From: Eledone cirrhosa
Taxonomy: Eukaryota
Assembly: GCA_964016885.1 (NCBI GenBank)
Contig: CAXHJY010001002.1
Coordinates: 1-16,256 of the forward strand
Length of the DNA: 16,256 nucleotides
Direction of reading: 5' to 3'
This document shows, piece after piece, positions 1-8,660 of the stretch (within the stretch, counting starts at the first letter, position 1; the number at the start of each line of letters is the position of its first letter). Position numbers and translations under genes: made by a program. The notes beneath the pieces are model-generated. The model was not told the origin of the DNA. It ran no database searches and worked only from the letters and a program-made list of their open reading frames with translations.

Positions 1-135
1 TGATCTCTCTCTCTCTCTCTCTATCTCTCTGTGAAAAGTAGGGGTAGGGATAGTACATAATTTCCTCATCTCTTATAACCCATGGCAGTGTAGGAGACTA
101 AATTGTTTTACTTACATATAGTGTACCTGGGATGT

Positions 136-228
136 AGGTAGTTTCAAGTTTGATCTCACTGCACGAAATTTTTGTCAAGTTTATTTACTAGAGCTTTGAT
201 TCAACCCAAATTATGTTAGTTTTGGTCA
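136..228 (+). mobile_element. Highly degenerate family C SINE fragment
   Basis: agtttgatctcactgcac..ttatttactagag..aaccca..tgttagttttggt parallels the reverse complement of 14570-14660. Confidence 0.45.
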
Positions 229-516
229 CATATTATATTATGCTAATCTGGCCTGTAGATTACATTAAGGGTACCCTACATTAAAGATACCCTAGAGGTC
301 TGAAATACTCAGTCACTTACACATTAAATAAGTTGATAAAACAGTTTAATGTTCATTGTTGGTAGGAAGAGTCCTTCATCAAATTATATACACAGCAATA
401 GGTCTGGTTGGTGTAGATTATTACACAATGGGGATAGTCCCTGCAGATAATAATAAATATTGTTTATTGTTTATTCTTATACAGCTGCAGCTTGAAAAAG
501 TCCCTCCCTATTCCTG

Positions 517-736
517 GTATTTAGAGGGGGTTGGTGGTTGGGTTCAGGGAGTATAAATCAGGAGAAATGGATGAAGTCTGAGGTAGGAATTAATGAGGAT
601 GTCTTGGATCTAATATAGTTTCACCAGACTAGTATTTAGAGCAGGTTGGTGGTTGGTTTTATGAAGCATAAGTCAGGAAATATAGATGATGTGTGCAGTA
701 GGAATTATGGAGGATGTCTTGGATCTAGTACAGTTT
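517..736. repeat. Diverged tandem duplication, period 115 bp
   Basis: gtatttagag..gttggtggttgg..tcagga..gtaggaatta..gaggatgtcttggatcta..agttt at 517-621 and 632-736. Confidence 0.85.
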
Positions 737-849
737 GTAATTAGCTTTGTTTTAATGAGTGTACTAGTTACAAATTTGGCATGTGATGGTCTTATTCCCT
801 GGATGATTTGTTTATTGTTAACTTTGTTTTCAGATTGTATTATTTACAT

Positions 850-2762
850 AGAAAATTCAAGCATGTTTTGCAACGTGAGGACCAGAAACAGGAGGTGTTC
901 AAGATTGCGAGGCAGTGTGTCAGAGAGAGTTGTGATGTCATTGGAGAGAAGTGTATCCGGAATGATAAAGGTGAGCTTGCCCTCACAAGTGCTGAGAAGA
1001 AAGATGCATGGAAGAGTCATTATGATAGATTACTAAATGAGGAGAATGCATGGGAAGAAGAGACCCTACCCCAAGTAGACCCTATAGAGGGGCCAGCAGT
1101 ACAAGTCAGCAGCAACGTAGTAAGTAAGGCAATCAAAGATATGAAGATGGGGAAGGCAACTGGTCCATCGGGTATAGCTGCCGAGATGCTGAGGGCATCT
1201 GGGTCTGTAGGTCACACTATAACCACACGTATTGTTAACCAGGTAATACTAGAAGGTGTCATACCAAAAGATTGGTGCAGTAGCATCATTGTCAACTGCT
1301 ACAAAGGTAAAGGTGATGCACTCGATAGAGGAAACTATAGAGGTATAAAGCTGATGGACCAGGTCATGAAAGTAACAGAAAGAGTTATAGCACAGTTGAT
1401 TAGGGACCGGGTGAAAATAGACGAGATGCAATTTGGGTTTGTACCAGGAAGAGGCACCACTGATGCCCTCTTCCTTGTGAGGCAGCTACAGGAAAAGTAC
1501 CTAGCTAAAAGTAAGCCACTCTACTTGGCATTTGTCGACCTTGAGAAAGCCTTTGACAGAGTTCCACGTGCTGTAATCTGGTGGGCTCTTAGAAAACTAG
1601 GAGTAGATGAATGGCTTGTGAAAGCGGTACAAGCCATGTATAGGGGAGCAGTCAGCAAAGTTAGGATTAGCAATGAGTATAGTGAGGAATTTAGCGTACA
1701 GGTTGGGGTCCACCAGGGCTCTGTTCTTAGCCCCCTCCTGTTCATCATAGTCCTGCAGGCAATAACGGAGGAGTTTAAGACCGGATGCCCATGGGAACTC
1801 CTGTATGCTGATGACCTCGCACTTATAGCTGAATCTATGGTAGAACTAGAGAATAAATTCCAAACTTGGAAGCAGGGACTAGAAAGAAAGGGTCTCAAAG
1901 TCAACATGACAAAGACTAAGGTCCTTGTAAGTAGACGAGAAAACAGAACCCAGATCCCCTCAGGGAAATGGCCTTGCTCAGTATGTAGGAAAGGTGTAGG
2001 TAGGAACTCCATTCTCTGCCCCAAATGCAAACAATGGGTACACAAGAGATGTAGCGGGATCTCAGGAAGCTTAATTAAGAATGTAGGCTTCACATGCAGC
2101 AGCTGTGCTGGGGCAGCAAACAGCCACAGGAAACAAGTACCACCAATCTCCGGGAGGGCTCTGTAGAAACAGTAGACAGCTTCTGCTACCTAGGTGACCG
2201 AATTAGCAGCGGAGGTGGGTGTTCAGAAAGTACAATAACTAGGGTAAGAACGGGATAGAAGAAGTTTAGGGAACTACTACCACTGCTAGCTGCAAAAGGC
2301 TTCTCCCTCAGAATGAAAGGCAGACTGTATGATGCGTGTATCCGAACAGCGATGTTGCATGGTAGTGAGACCTGGGCGCTGAAGGTGGAAGACTTACGTA
2401 GATTAGAGAGAAACGAAGCCTGCATGCTCCGATGGATGTGTAACAGTAATATACGTGAACGACAAAGCATAAATGAATTGAGAGAGAGACTGAGCATAAG
2501 AGGAATCAAATGCTGTGTGCAGGAGAGGCGGTTGCGCTGGTATGGACATGTGATGCGTATGAAGGATGACAGCTGCATAAAAAGGTGCAGAGCACTAGAA
2601 GTTGATGGAAACCACGGAGTGGGGAGACCCAAGATGACCTGGGATGAGGTGATAAAAGCCGACCTTACCCAATTACACCTCTCAAAGGCAATGACACACG
2701 ACCGTGCCCTCTGGCGTCACGCAGTAATACAGAGTACCCGACCTCCCATGGGTACAAGCTGA
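850..2762 (+). pseudogene. Disrupted retrotransposon ORF (reverse transcriptase with embedded PHD finger)
   Basis: ORF-track 808..2166 and 2313..2762 are one ancestral ORF. The frame shifts around 2110-2160 into GSVETVDSFCYLGDRISSGGGCSESTITRVRTG*KKFRELLPLL, with an in-frame TAG (probably former TGG Trp) at 2256-2258. The TTG start at 808 lies in flanking DNA. Confidence 0.92.
1975..2106 (+). other. PHD-type (C4HC3) zinc finger coding segment inside the RT
   Basis: CSVC-x10-CPKC-x4-HKRC-x14-CSSC: all eight ligands present, with the typical W-x-H and an aromatic residue before the last CxxC. Confidence 0.85.
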
Positions 2763-2789
2763 AGCATATAGACAATATGCCCCCACACC

Positions 2790-2895
2790 CCCCACCGCAA
2801 AGTGGTCGTGGAGGTGCCACGGCAAAAAAGCACCCAGCCCACACTGTAAAGTGGGGTGTAGGCGCCACGAAAAAGCACCCAGCACTCACTGTAAA
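2790..2895 (+). repeat. About 2.3 tandem 45-48 bp units in the RTE 3'UTR
   Basis: ccaccgcaaagtgg...ggtgccacggcaaaaaagcacccagc / ccacactgtaaagtgg...ggcgccacgaaaaagcacccagc / actcactgtaaa. The units are also present in the antisense copy at about 13815-13925. Confidence 0.8.
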
Positions 2896-3070
2896 TGAGG
2901 TTGGTGTTAGGAAGGGCATCCAGCTGTAGAAATCAAGCCAAATCAGTTCCTGTATGAGTAAGGCATGGTCAGCCGACCAGACACTGCCCACAACAGGACA
3001 ACCCGTCTAACCCATGCTAGCGTGGAAGAACGGACGTAAAATGGTGATGATGATGATGATGATGATGATG

Positions 3071-3243
3071 ACATATAGTGACATTCAGTGATTGCTATGT
3101 GCTTGTTCTAGGTTCATCTATGTTTAGATTTAGGGGTCTAGTGGCCCTATTTACATACAGACATTCAGTGATTAATTTGTTTGTGCTAGGTGTATCTATG
3201 TTTAGATTTAGGGGATTGATCTTATTTGTTTATTTACATACAG
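3071..3243. repeat. Tandem repeat, period about 83 bp, whose first unit starts at 841-850 before the RTE insertion
   Basis: tatttacata at 841, 3148 and 3231; gacattcagtgatt and tctatgtttagatttagggg each occur twice. Confidence 0.85.
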
Positions 3244-3244
3244 T

Positions 3245-3501
3245 CAGAGTGGGATTTATGTATAAGCTAAATAAGCTATAGCTTAGGGCCCCCACTTTCT
3301 TGGGGCCACAAAAAATTGAAAAAAAACTGTGTACATTTCCAAAATATAAGATAAAAAAGACCTAAAATAATGCAATAGTTTTAAACAGTTTTCTGCTTTA
3401 ATATTGAACGTTTTGCAGTTTTTATAACATTTTTTATAACATATAAAGGGCCCCATTATCTCAAATAGCTTAGGGCCTCATCAAATCTAAATCCAGCCCT
3501 G
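3245..3501. mobile_element. hAT-superfamily MITE (257 bp)
   Basis: 14-bp TIRs cagagtgggattta / taaatccagccctg (11 of 14 match). Perfect 8-bp TSD CATACAGT at 3237-3244 and 3502-3509. Subterminal direct repeat atagcttagggcc at 3278-3290 and 3465-3477. Confidence 0.9.
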
Positions 3502-3757
3502 CATACAGTATAGTCTTTATTGTTATTGTTTGTAATTCACACAAAACTGGGAACATTTTAAGAGGAAATGGGGTTACAATCAGAAGTTGGCTGTACCTCT
3601 GGGGCCGTAGTAGTGTGATCGTGATTTTTGTTTTTGTTAATAAGACACAAGAGAATTTTTTATTAACTTTCCTTAAATGCAAAGCAAAGTTTTGAATTTA
3701 TCTGGGGTTTCAACCCAGAATTTAGAGGGAAGCTGGAAGTTAAATATTGTATGTAAT

Positions 3758-3920
3758 GGTGGTTGTACGGTAGAATTGGTAAAGTGCCAGAGAACATATT
3801 TCCAGGTATTTTGTTCTGAATTCAAATCATTCCTAGGTCCACTTTGCTCTTCATCTTTCATCCTTCCAAAGTAGAAAAGGAACTTAGTTGATAAAATAAG
3901 TACTGGGATCAATATTTAAC
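3758..3920 (+). mobile_element. Degenerate family A-related SINE
   Basis: gttctgaattcaaat, ctttcatcctt and ttgataaaataagtactgggatcaat blocks in the same order as in the other copies. Confidence 0.6.
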
Positions 3921-4159
3921 AATTGTGAGTGTGTGCATGTGTTTAGGCCAGTTAAACCTGTACGGTTTCAGTCATAACAATATATTAATATATTGTGTGT
4001 ACATGTGCACACATACATACATATTTCTCTATATATATATATGTGTGTATTCCAAATTGACTGACTGAGTACACACGTGCTTTTCTCAAAAAAAATTCTT
4101 TGCTTTCCTTCCTCTTCTCACTCTCTATCTTTCTATTTCATTTTTTATTTTTCATTTTA

Positions 4160-4195
4160 TCTTCTGATGAAGGACTAGTGCCCAAAACGTAAAGA
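4160..4195 (+). ncRNA. Minimal type I hammerhead ribozyme motif (Penelope-like-element type) with G12>A substitution
   Basis: tctt-CTGATGA-aggactagtgccc-[A]AAA-cg-TA-aaga: stem I tctt/aaga, palindromic stem III ACGT, GUA cleavage triplet at 4189-4191. Confidence 0.65.
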
Positions 4196-4275
4196 CTCTT
4201 TTTCTACTGCATCAAGAGTTAAACTAAAATATTTTTTCATTGTACCATGTTTTTGTTTTATTTCTGTTTAATTTT

Positions 4276-4339
<64 letters not shown>
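4276..4339. repeat. Compound (CA)n(TA)n microsatellite
   Basis: Direct reading. Confidence 0.97.
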
Positions 4340-4342
<3 letters not shown>

Positions 4343-4393
4343 TTATGGTTGACAGCTGAAAGAAAAGAGTATTCAATACGAAAGCAGAGTTTA

Positions 4394-4438
4394 CTTGTCT
4401 GATGACCCTGTGATAAACAGGTGAAACAAGACTTATTA
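4394..4438 (+). ncRNA. Second hammerhead-core-like motif, stem I not evident
   Basis: CTGATGA (4399-4405), stem II cctgt/acagg with gataa loop, GAAA (4423-4426), near-palindromic aacaag-a-cttatt, AATAAA at 4448-4453. Confidence 0.35.
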
Positions 4439-5029
4439 TTTAGCCTTAATAAAATGAATATATATAATATAATGTGTGTATAATATGTATATATATATAT
4501 ATATATAAAGATGATGATAATATATATTATTTATCTAAGTAAAGCTGGAAATAAACAAAGCATCAACAATCATGTAAACATGGTGGATATTTAGGAAAAT
4601 CGTATTGATAAGACCTTTAAGTCTTATTCCTTTGATAGTTAGAATCAGATAAAAATTAATCTTCTCAGTGTATCCAATAATGAAATTCTAAACAACTCTC
4701 TCTCTCCCTCTCTAGAAAATCATTGAACATTATGAATTCTTAACAGATTTCTTACGGTGGTTACTTCCCTTGGGGCGGAGCTCTTGCTACTGCCATGAAA
4801 TAAAATCTATTTTTCTAAGTTAACCATTATCTGCACTAAAAACACACTGAGAGATAGATAGAGGGATATAGTGAGGTTGGGGGTGGAAACTAGAGGCAGT
4901 CTGCTTGAAAGCCAACATTATCATGTATAACTATAGTCATTATTATTAATGGAGCCAAAGAGACAGTTTTATTTTTTTATGTTTTTTTAATGCATTTTCA
5001 TTAATTTGCTTTTTTCCTTCTTTCATTCT

Positions 5030-5130
5030 GCTTCCTCTTCCTCTCATTTCTTTTTTTTCCCTCTTCTCATTTCTTTTTTTCCCTCTTCCTCTCATTTCTT
5101 TGACTTCCTTTTCCTCTCATTTCTTTTTCT
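5030..5130. repeat. Pyrimidine-rich degenerate tandem repeat
   Basis: Four copies of ctcatttctt at about 23-27 bp spacing. Confidence 0.8.
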
Positions 5131-5295
5131 TCCTTTTCACCTCACCAAGATTTAAACATTTTCTTTTTACTTTTTATTATTCACTTTTTGTATATCTTTT
5201 TGTCCACTGTTAAGATTATATCATGGACTTCTCCTTGTTCTACTTTTTCTTTTTCAATTTTTTTTTCCTCTGCCTCCTCCTCCTGCTTCTTCTTT

Positions 5296-5407
5296 CACTA
5301 CTACCTTCATCACCATCACCACCACTACTACTACCACCACCACCACCACTACTACTTCTACTACTACCACCACCACCACCACTACTACTTCTACTACTAC
5401 CACCACC
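5296..5407. repeat. Compound (CAC)n/(TAC)n trinucleotide repeat
   Basis: Direct reading. Confidence 0.95.
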
Positions 5408-5660
5408 TGTCCTTTAAGGAGTGATTCTGGTTTAATGTTATTTTATATTTAATATATTACAATTAGTTGTTGAGACACAGGTCAATGTTAATCAACTAAT
5501 TAGACATTTGATCAAAGGTGTTCCAATCATAACCATCCCATCAAATACATTAATTCTAGGAGATTCCCTCTTCCCTCATGTTGTGATTTGAGGTATATTT
5601 GGCTGTTCTTTCTAAACAGGTCATATGACCAAGCAGCAGCCCCTTTGGCCCAGCAATTGA

Positions 5661-6117
5661 TAGGTGTGTATATGTGTATATAATAGATGGTGTTACTACT
5701 CAATACCATACATTGTAGGTGTGTATGTGTGTATATAATAGATGGTGTTACTACTCAATACCATACATTGTAGGTGTGTATATGGTGTATATAATAGATG
5801 GTGTTACTACTCAACACCATATATTGTAAGTGTGTATATGGTGTTACTACTCAATACCATACATTGTAGGTGTGTATATAATTGTTTCTACTATTGGTAC
5901 AAGGCCAGCAATTACCCCAGTGCATTACTGGTACTTTATTTTATCGACCCTGTAAGGATGAAAGGCAAAGTTAACCTCGGCGGGATTTGAACTCAGACCG
6001 CAAAGGGCCGTCACTCCATGCTGCAAAGCATGGCTCCGACCGTCTACCGATACTGCCAATCCACCGTATGTAATGGTGTATATAATTGATGGTGTTACCA
6101 CTCAATACCATCCATTG
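5661..6117. repeat. 55-bp minisatellite (about 5 units) interrupted by a SINE
   Basis: Unit taggtgtgtatatgtgtatataatagatggtgttactactcaataccatacattg starts at 5661, 5716, 5771, 5827 (shortened) and 5867, and resumes at about 6075-6117. Confidence 0.92.
5881..6066 (-). mobile_element. tRNA-derived SINE, family A (28-bp deletion variant), inserted in a minisatellite
   Basis: Antisense A-box-like tggcagtatcgg (6047-6058) and B-box gagttcaaatccc (5982-5994). Body closely similar to 8661-8768, 8935-9158 and 13143-13374. Confidence 0.88.
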
Positions 6118-6118
6118 A

Positions 6119-6355
6119 GTACAACACATCACATCACAACACATTATATCGCAATAACACAATGAATCACAACACAACACACAGTTACATGACACATCAT
6201 AACACTACACAACATATCACAATAATACAACACCACATGACATCACAACATACACAACAGGGCTACACATCATATCACAGCACAATATCACAACATACAC
6301 AACAGGGTTACACATCATATCGCAGCACAACACTAAACACTAAATACATCAACAC
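6119..6355. repeat. CA-rich degenerate pentamer array containing a 45-bp tandem duplication
   Basis: acaac/acatc-like units; atcacaacatacacaacaggg at 6242 and 6287. Confidence 0.85.
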
Positions 6356-6414
6356 AAATACAAAGAAAATAAGATTTTGATAAATAATATCAACCTTTTA
6401 TTTATTTACATCTC

Positions 6415-6942
6415 TAGAAAATCTTCAACCCAGCAGCAGCTCCTGGGGGTTTCTGGGATTGTATCCCATGTTTTGATTGATATATCTGCCTCACACCCAC
6501 TTCATTCCTCTGTACACACAGACAATAATAGCTATCACACTGGCTCTCTCTAGCAAGTCCAGTCCCCCTTCTCTCTCTCTCTCTCTCTCACTCTCTCTCT
6601 CTCTCCCTCCCTCCCCTTGTCTCCAAAGCACAGCATAGCTACTCCTGCTGCTAGCATTCTGTTAGCTGTAGGGCTGCAATTCTTTAAACATAAGGGAAAT
6701 TTCTAGGAAAAATTTCAGGAATCAAGGGATTCCAGTGGGGGAAATTTGTGTTTTTAGGCTGTAAACATGTTTATCACTGTTTTTACTAGATTTTTTTTTT
6801 TTCAATGTATATTTTAAGCATATTAATGTTATGTAATAACACTGTATTGTTTACAAGACTACTTTTTTTAACCTATGTGGAGGAATATCAGTAAGAGGAA
6901 TTGCTGGGGAGGGGGTACAGAGAAAAGGGTTAAGAAGCACTG
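6415..6942. mobile_element. Possible degenerate hAT (Charlie-like) non-autonomous element
   Basis: Right end gggttaagaagcactg resembles hAT-type termini. Weak left counterpart tcttcaaccc near 6422-6430. No TSD recognisable. Confidence 0.3.
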
Positions 6943-6996
6943 CTTCATGAAAAGAAGGATTTAGGTGTGGATGAGAGGGAAAGACTAGATCCGTTA

Positions 6997-7032
6997 TAGT
7001 CTCACTGTTGTCCCTAGTCTCACTGTTGTCCC
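6997..7032. repeat. Perfect 18-bp tandem duplication
   Basis: tagtctcactgttgtccc at 6997-7014 and 7015-7032. Confidence 0.95.
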
Positions 7033-7229
7033 TTTAGCATTTACATTACTCTATATTTACTATTATATTTTCATGGAAAAGTCTTTTCCTCACATATCTA
7101 ATCTATGAGATTTTTATACTATTTATTTTGAGAACAATAACATGAGCATGAGTAGCCGGTTATGGCTGGTTTGAACAGAAAGAGGTGAGAGAATTCTTGC
7201 TAGATATGGCCCGTTTAAATGCTAAAGGG
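7030..7229. mobile_element. piggyBac-type MITE (200 bp)
   Basis: Perfect 14-bp TIRs ccctttagcattta (7030-7043) / taaatgctaaaggg (7216-7229), CCC...GGG ends, TTAA at 7230-7233. The left TTAA is absent. Confidence 0.8.
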
Positions 7230-7445
7230 TTAAAGCCAGGTTAGCCTTTATCTAGGAGACATCCATTCCATCATAATTTTCAGACATACTATAACATTGT
7301 TCTGTATATATATTTCCTTATCTCCTTTTTATAAGTTATTTGGTGTGATTTTGAAGGAAACTTGGTTGCTATTTCTATCAGAAGTGGCCACATATAGGCC
7401 CTACCCCTTGTGGGCTTCTGTTGTTGTTGTTGTTGTTGTTGTTGT

Positions 7446-7636
7446 TTAACCCTAAGTCATTCCTAATCTGAATCATCCTATGATCTAAAGTGTTTCAGCC
7501 ATGACGTCTTAGACGTAATTTATCTCAAACTGCCCAACATACCCTTCCATTTTTTAAGACAATAAAGTGTGATTTGAGAGAGAGATTGGGCTGTTATATC
7601 TAGCAGGTTGAGCAACCACTTGGAGGCTTTCTCATA
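7446..7636 (+). repeat. Old unclassified dispersed repeat (other copies near 5490-5648, 7340-7405, 14310-14425, 15030-15090)
   Basis: Shared blocks (tg)atc(t/a)aa(a/g)gtgtt(t/c)ca(gc/at)cat and gtgatttgag..att(t/g)ggctgtt.t.tcta..cagg..gacca recur at these positions. Confidence 0.55.
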
Positions 7637-7733
7637 GACTTGTTTGTCTTTTCTTATTAAAGTTATTTAACCCCAAATCAGAAATGATGAAGCAGACCAT
7701 ATTAACATTTTGGTCTTTTGTTCAGTTTGTCTA

Positions 7734-7810
7734 AGTTGTGACTGGTAGATAGTATCAGCGGAAAGAACAATGGAAACATTGTTTCTTTGCTCTAATTTAA
7801 CAAGTTCCAC
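7734..7810. repeat. Dispersed ~80-bp repeat with an inverted copy at 11756-11835
   Basis: agttgtgactggtagatagtatca..caatggaaacattgtttctttgctctaatttaacaagttccac matches the reverse complement of 11756-11835. Confidence 0.85.
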
Positions 7811-7819
7811 ACCACATAG

Positions 7820-8397
7820 TCTTTCTTTTCATTGTTGTCTCTGAGCACAGCTGTGTGTGTGTCTTGAGTATGTGCAGTATTATATTTTTGCTGTTGTTTC
7901 TATTTTATTGAAAGAACTCTATATAATATATGTGCAGTGCCTAATGGTGTTTATTTTCTACATATATAAGTTGTATATATTTGGAAGCCTTAGGGTTTTA
8001 TTTAAGTATGTGTCTGTATCTCCTTGATGATGGTATCTGGTCTATTTTGTTGAATTGGCCAATATGTACTAATTGTGTACTTCCATAGTATTATTGTATT
8101 ATCTCCTGGCGCTGAGTGGTATTTATATGAGTTGACCATTTGATATTTGATTATATTTGTGTAGCTTCCAGTGCAGGGTATTGGCCTATTCTATCATGGC
8201 AGTTCTTATACTCATAACTTCTGGCCTATACTCATTTGATATCAGTATGAGACAACCTGAAATAACATGGTTTAGTGTTTCATCATATTGTTTGCAAAAC
8301 CTGCTTTTAAGGTCTGCATGAATTTTAATATAAGCTTGGTAGTTTCTGGTAGGCAAACTTTGGTCTTGTCATGCCAGTATAGATCCTTCTCTCTGCT
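7820..8397 (-). mobile_element. Decayed R4/Dong-like non-LTR retrotransposon 3' part (zinc knuckle, restriction-like endonuclease, C-terminus, 3'UTR), internally deleted
   Basis: Manual reverse translation across stops and frameshifts: EGSILA*QDQSLPTRNYQ..KSRFCKQYDETLNHVISGC (CCHC knuckle, first Cys to Ser), EYKNCHDRIGQY/LHWK (RHD motif to CHD), ILWKYTISTYWPIQQNRPDTIIKE (PD at 8035-8040), then PLGTAHILYRVLSIK* (stop 7900-7902). Confidence 0.85.
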
Positions 8398-8519
8398 ATG
8401 AGGAAATTGTATTGTTTGATTTATTGTTATTTTGTTACCTGTTGTTTTTTACTCATATAATGTAAGTCCCCACTGTCCCAGTTTATTTGTATCATTCTTA
8501 TTATTTTACAAATGACCAT

Positions 8520-8660
8520 GGTATTTAGGTCTGGCTCTTGATGGCCTCAGTTCAAATCCTTTGCCTTCTTTCCAAGTGTCAATAAAATAAAGTACAAATG
8601 AAGTGCTGGGGTTGATGAAATCAACTTGACCCACTCAGAATTGCTAACCATGGGCCTGAC
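8520..8660 (+). mobile_element. Degenerate family A-related SINE
   Basis: agttcaaatcctttgccttc...gtcaataaaataaagtac...tgctggggttgatgaaatcaact...aattgct, collinear with the other copies. Confidence 0.65.

Larger units (their letters stand above)
851..3070 (+). mobile_element. 5'-truncated RTE-clade non-LTR retrotransposon (LINE): RT, PHD finger, C-terminal region, 3'UTR and (GAT)n tail
   Basis: Non-LTR RT motifs in translation (QFGFVPGRGTTDA, AFVDLEKAFDRVP, GVHQGSVLSPLLF, YADD at 1804-1815, NMTKTKV, FCYLG); RTE-like C-terminus (GSETW, RRLRWYGHVMR, GRPKMTW). (GAT)n tail 3046-3070. ACATA at 846-850 and 3071-3075 is a candidate TSD. No endonuclease domain upstream, so 5'-truncated. Confidence 0.95.

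Noticed and set aside
808-2166. Intact 452-aa RT gene or prokaryotic RT system (retron, DGR, group II intron)
   Set aside because: The TTG start lies outside the element, homology continues in another frame past the stop, and the motifs, tail and TSD are those of a non-LTR retrotransposon.
1249-2991. Antisense ORFs (1249-1431, 1521-2093, 2186-2632, 2665-2991, 2682-2885) and the overlapping 686-1036 ORF
   Set aside because: Shadow frames of the LINE coding sequence and UTR with no recognisable motifs.
4394-4430. SECIS element or C/D-box K-turn
   Set aside because: Helix II is only 5 bp, too short for a SECIS; C and D boxes are non-canonical; no selenoprotein context.
4772-4780. GC-box (ggggcggag) as a promoter
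   Set aside because: Single isolated motif with no CpG island or downstream gene evidence.
5188-5424. Poly-His/Tyr and poly-Pro/Leu ORFs
   Set aside because: Translations of a trinucleotide microsatellite; no splice or homology support.
5661-5880. CRISPR-like array (regular repeats with a palindromic core)
   Set aside because: The intervening sequences are also repeated, so there are no unique spacers; no cas genes; eukaryotic context.
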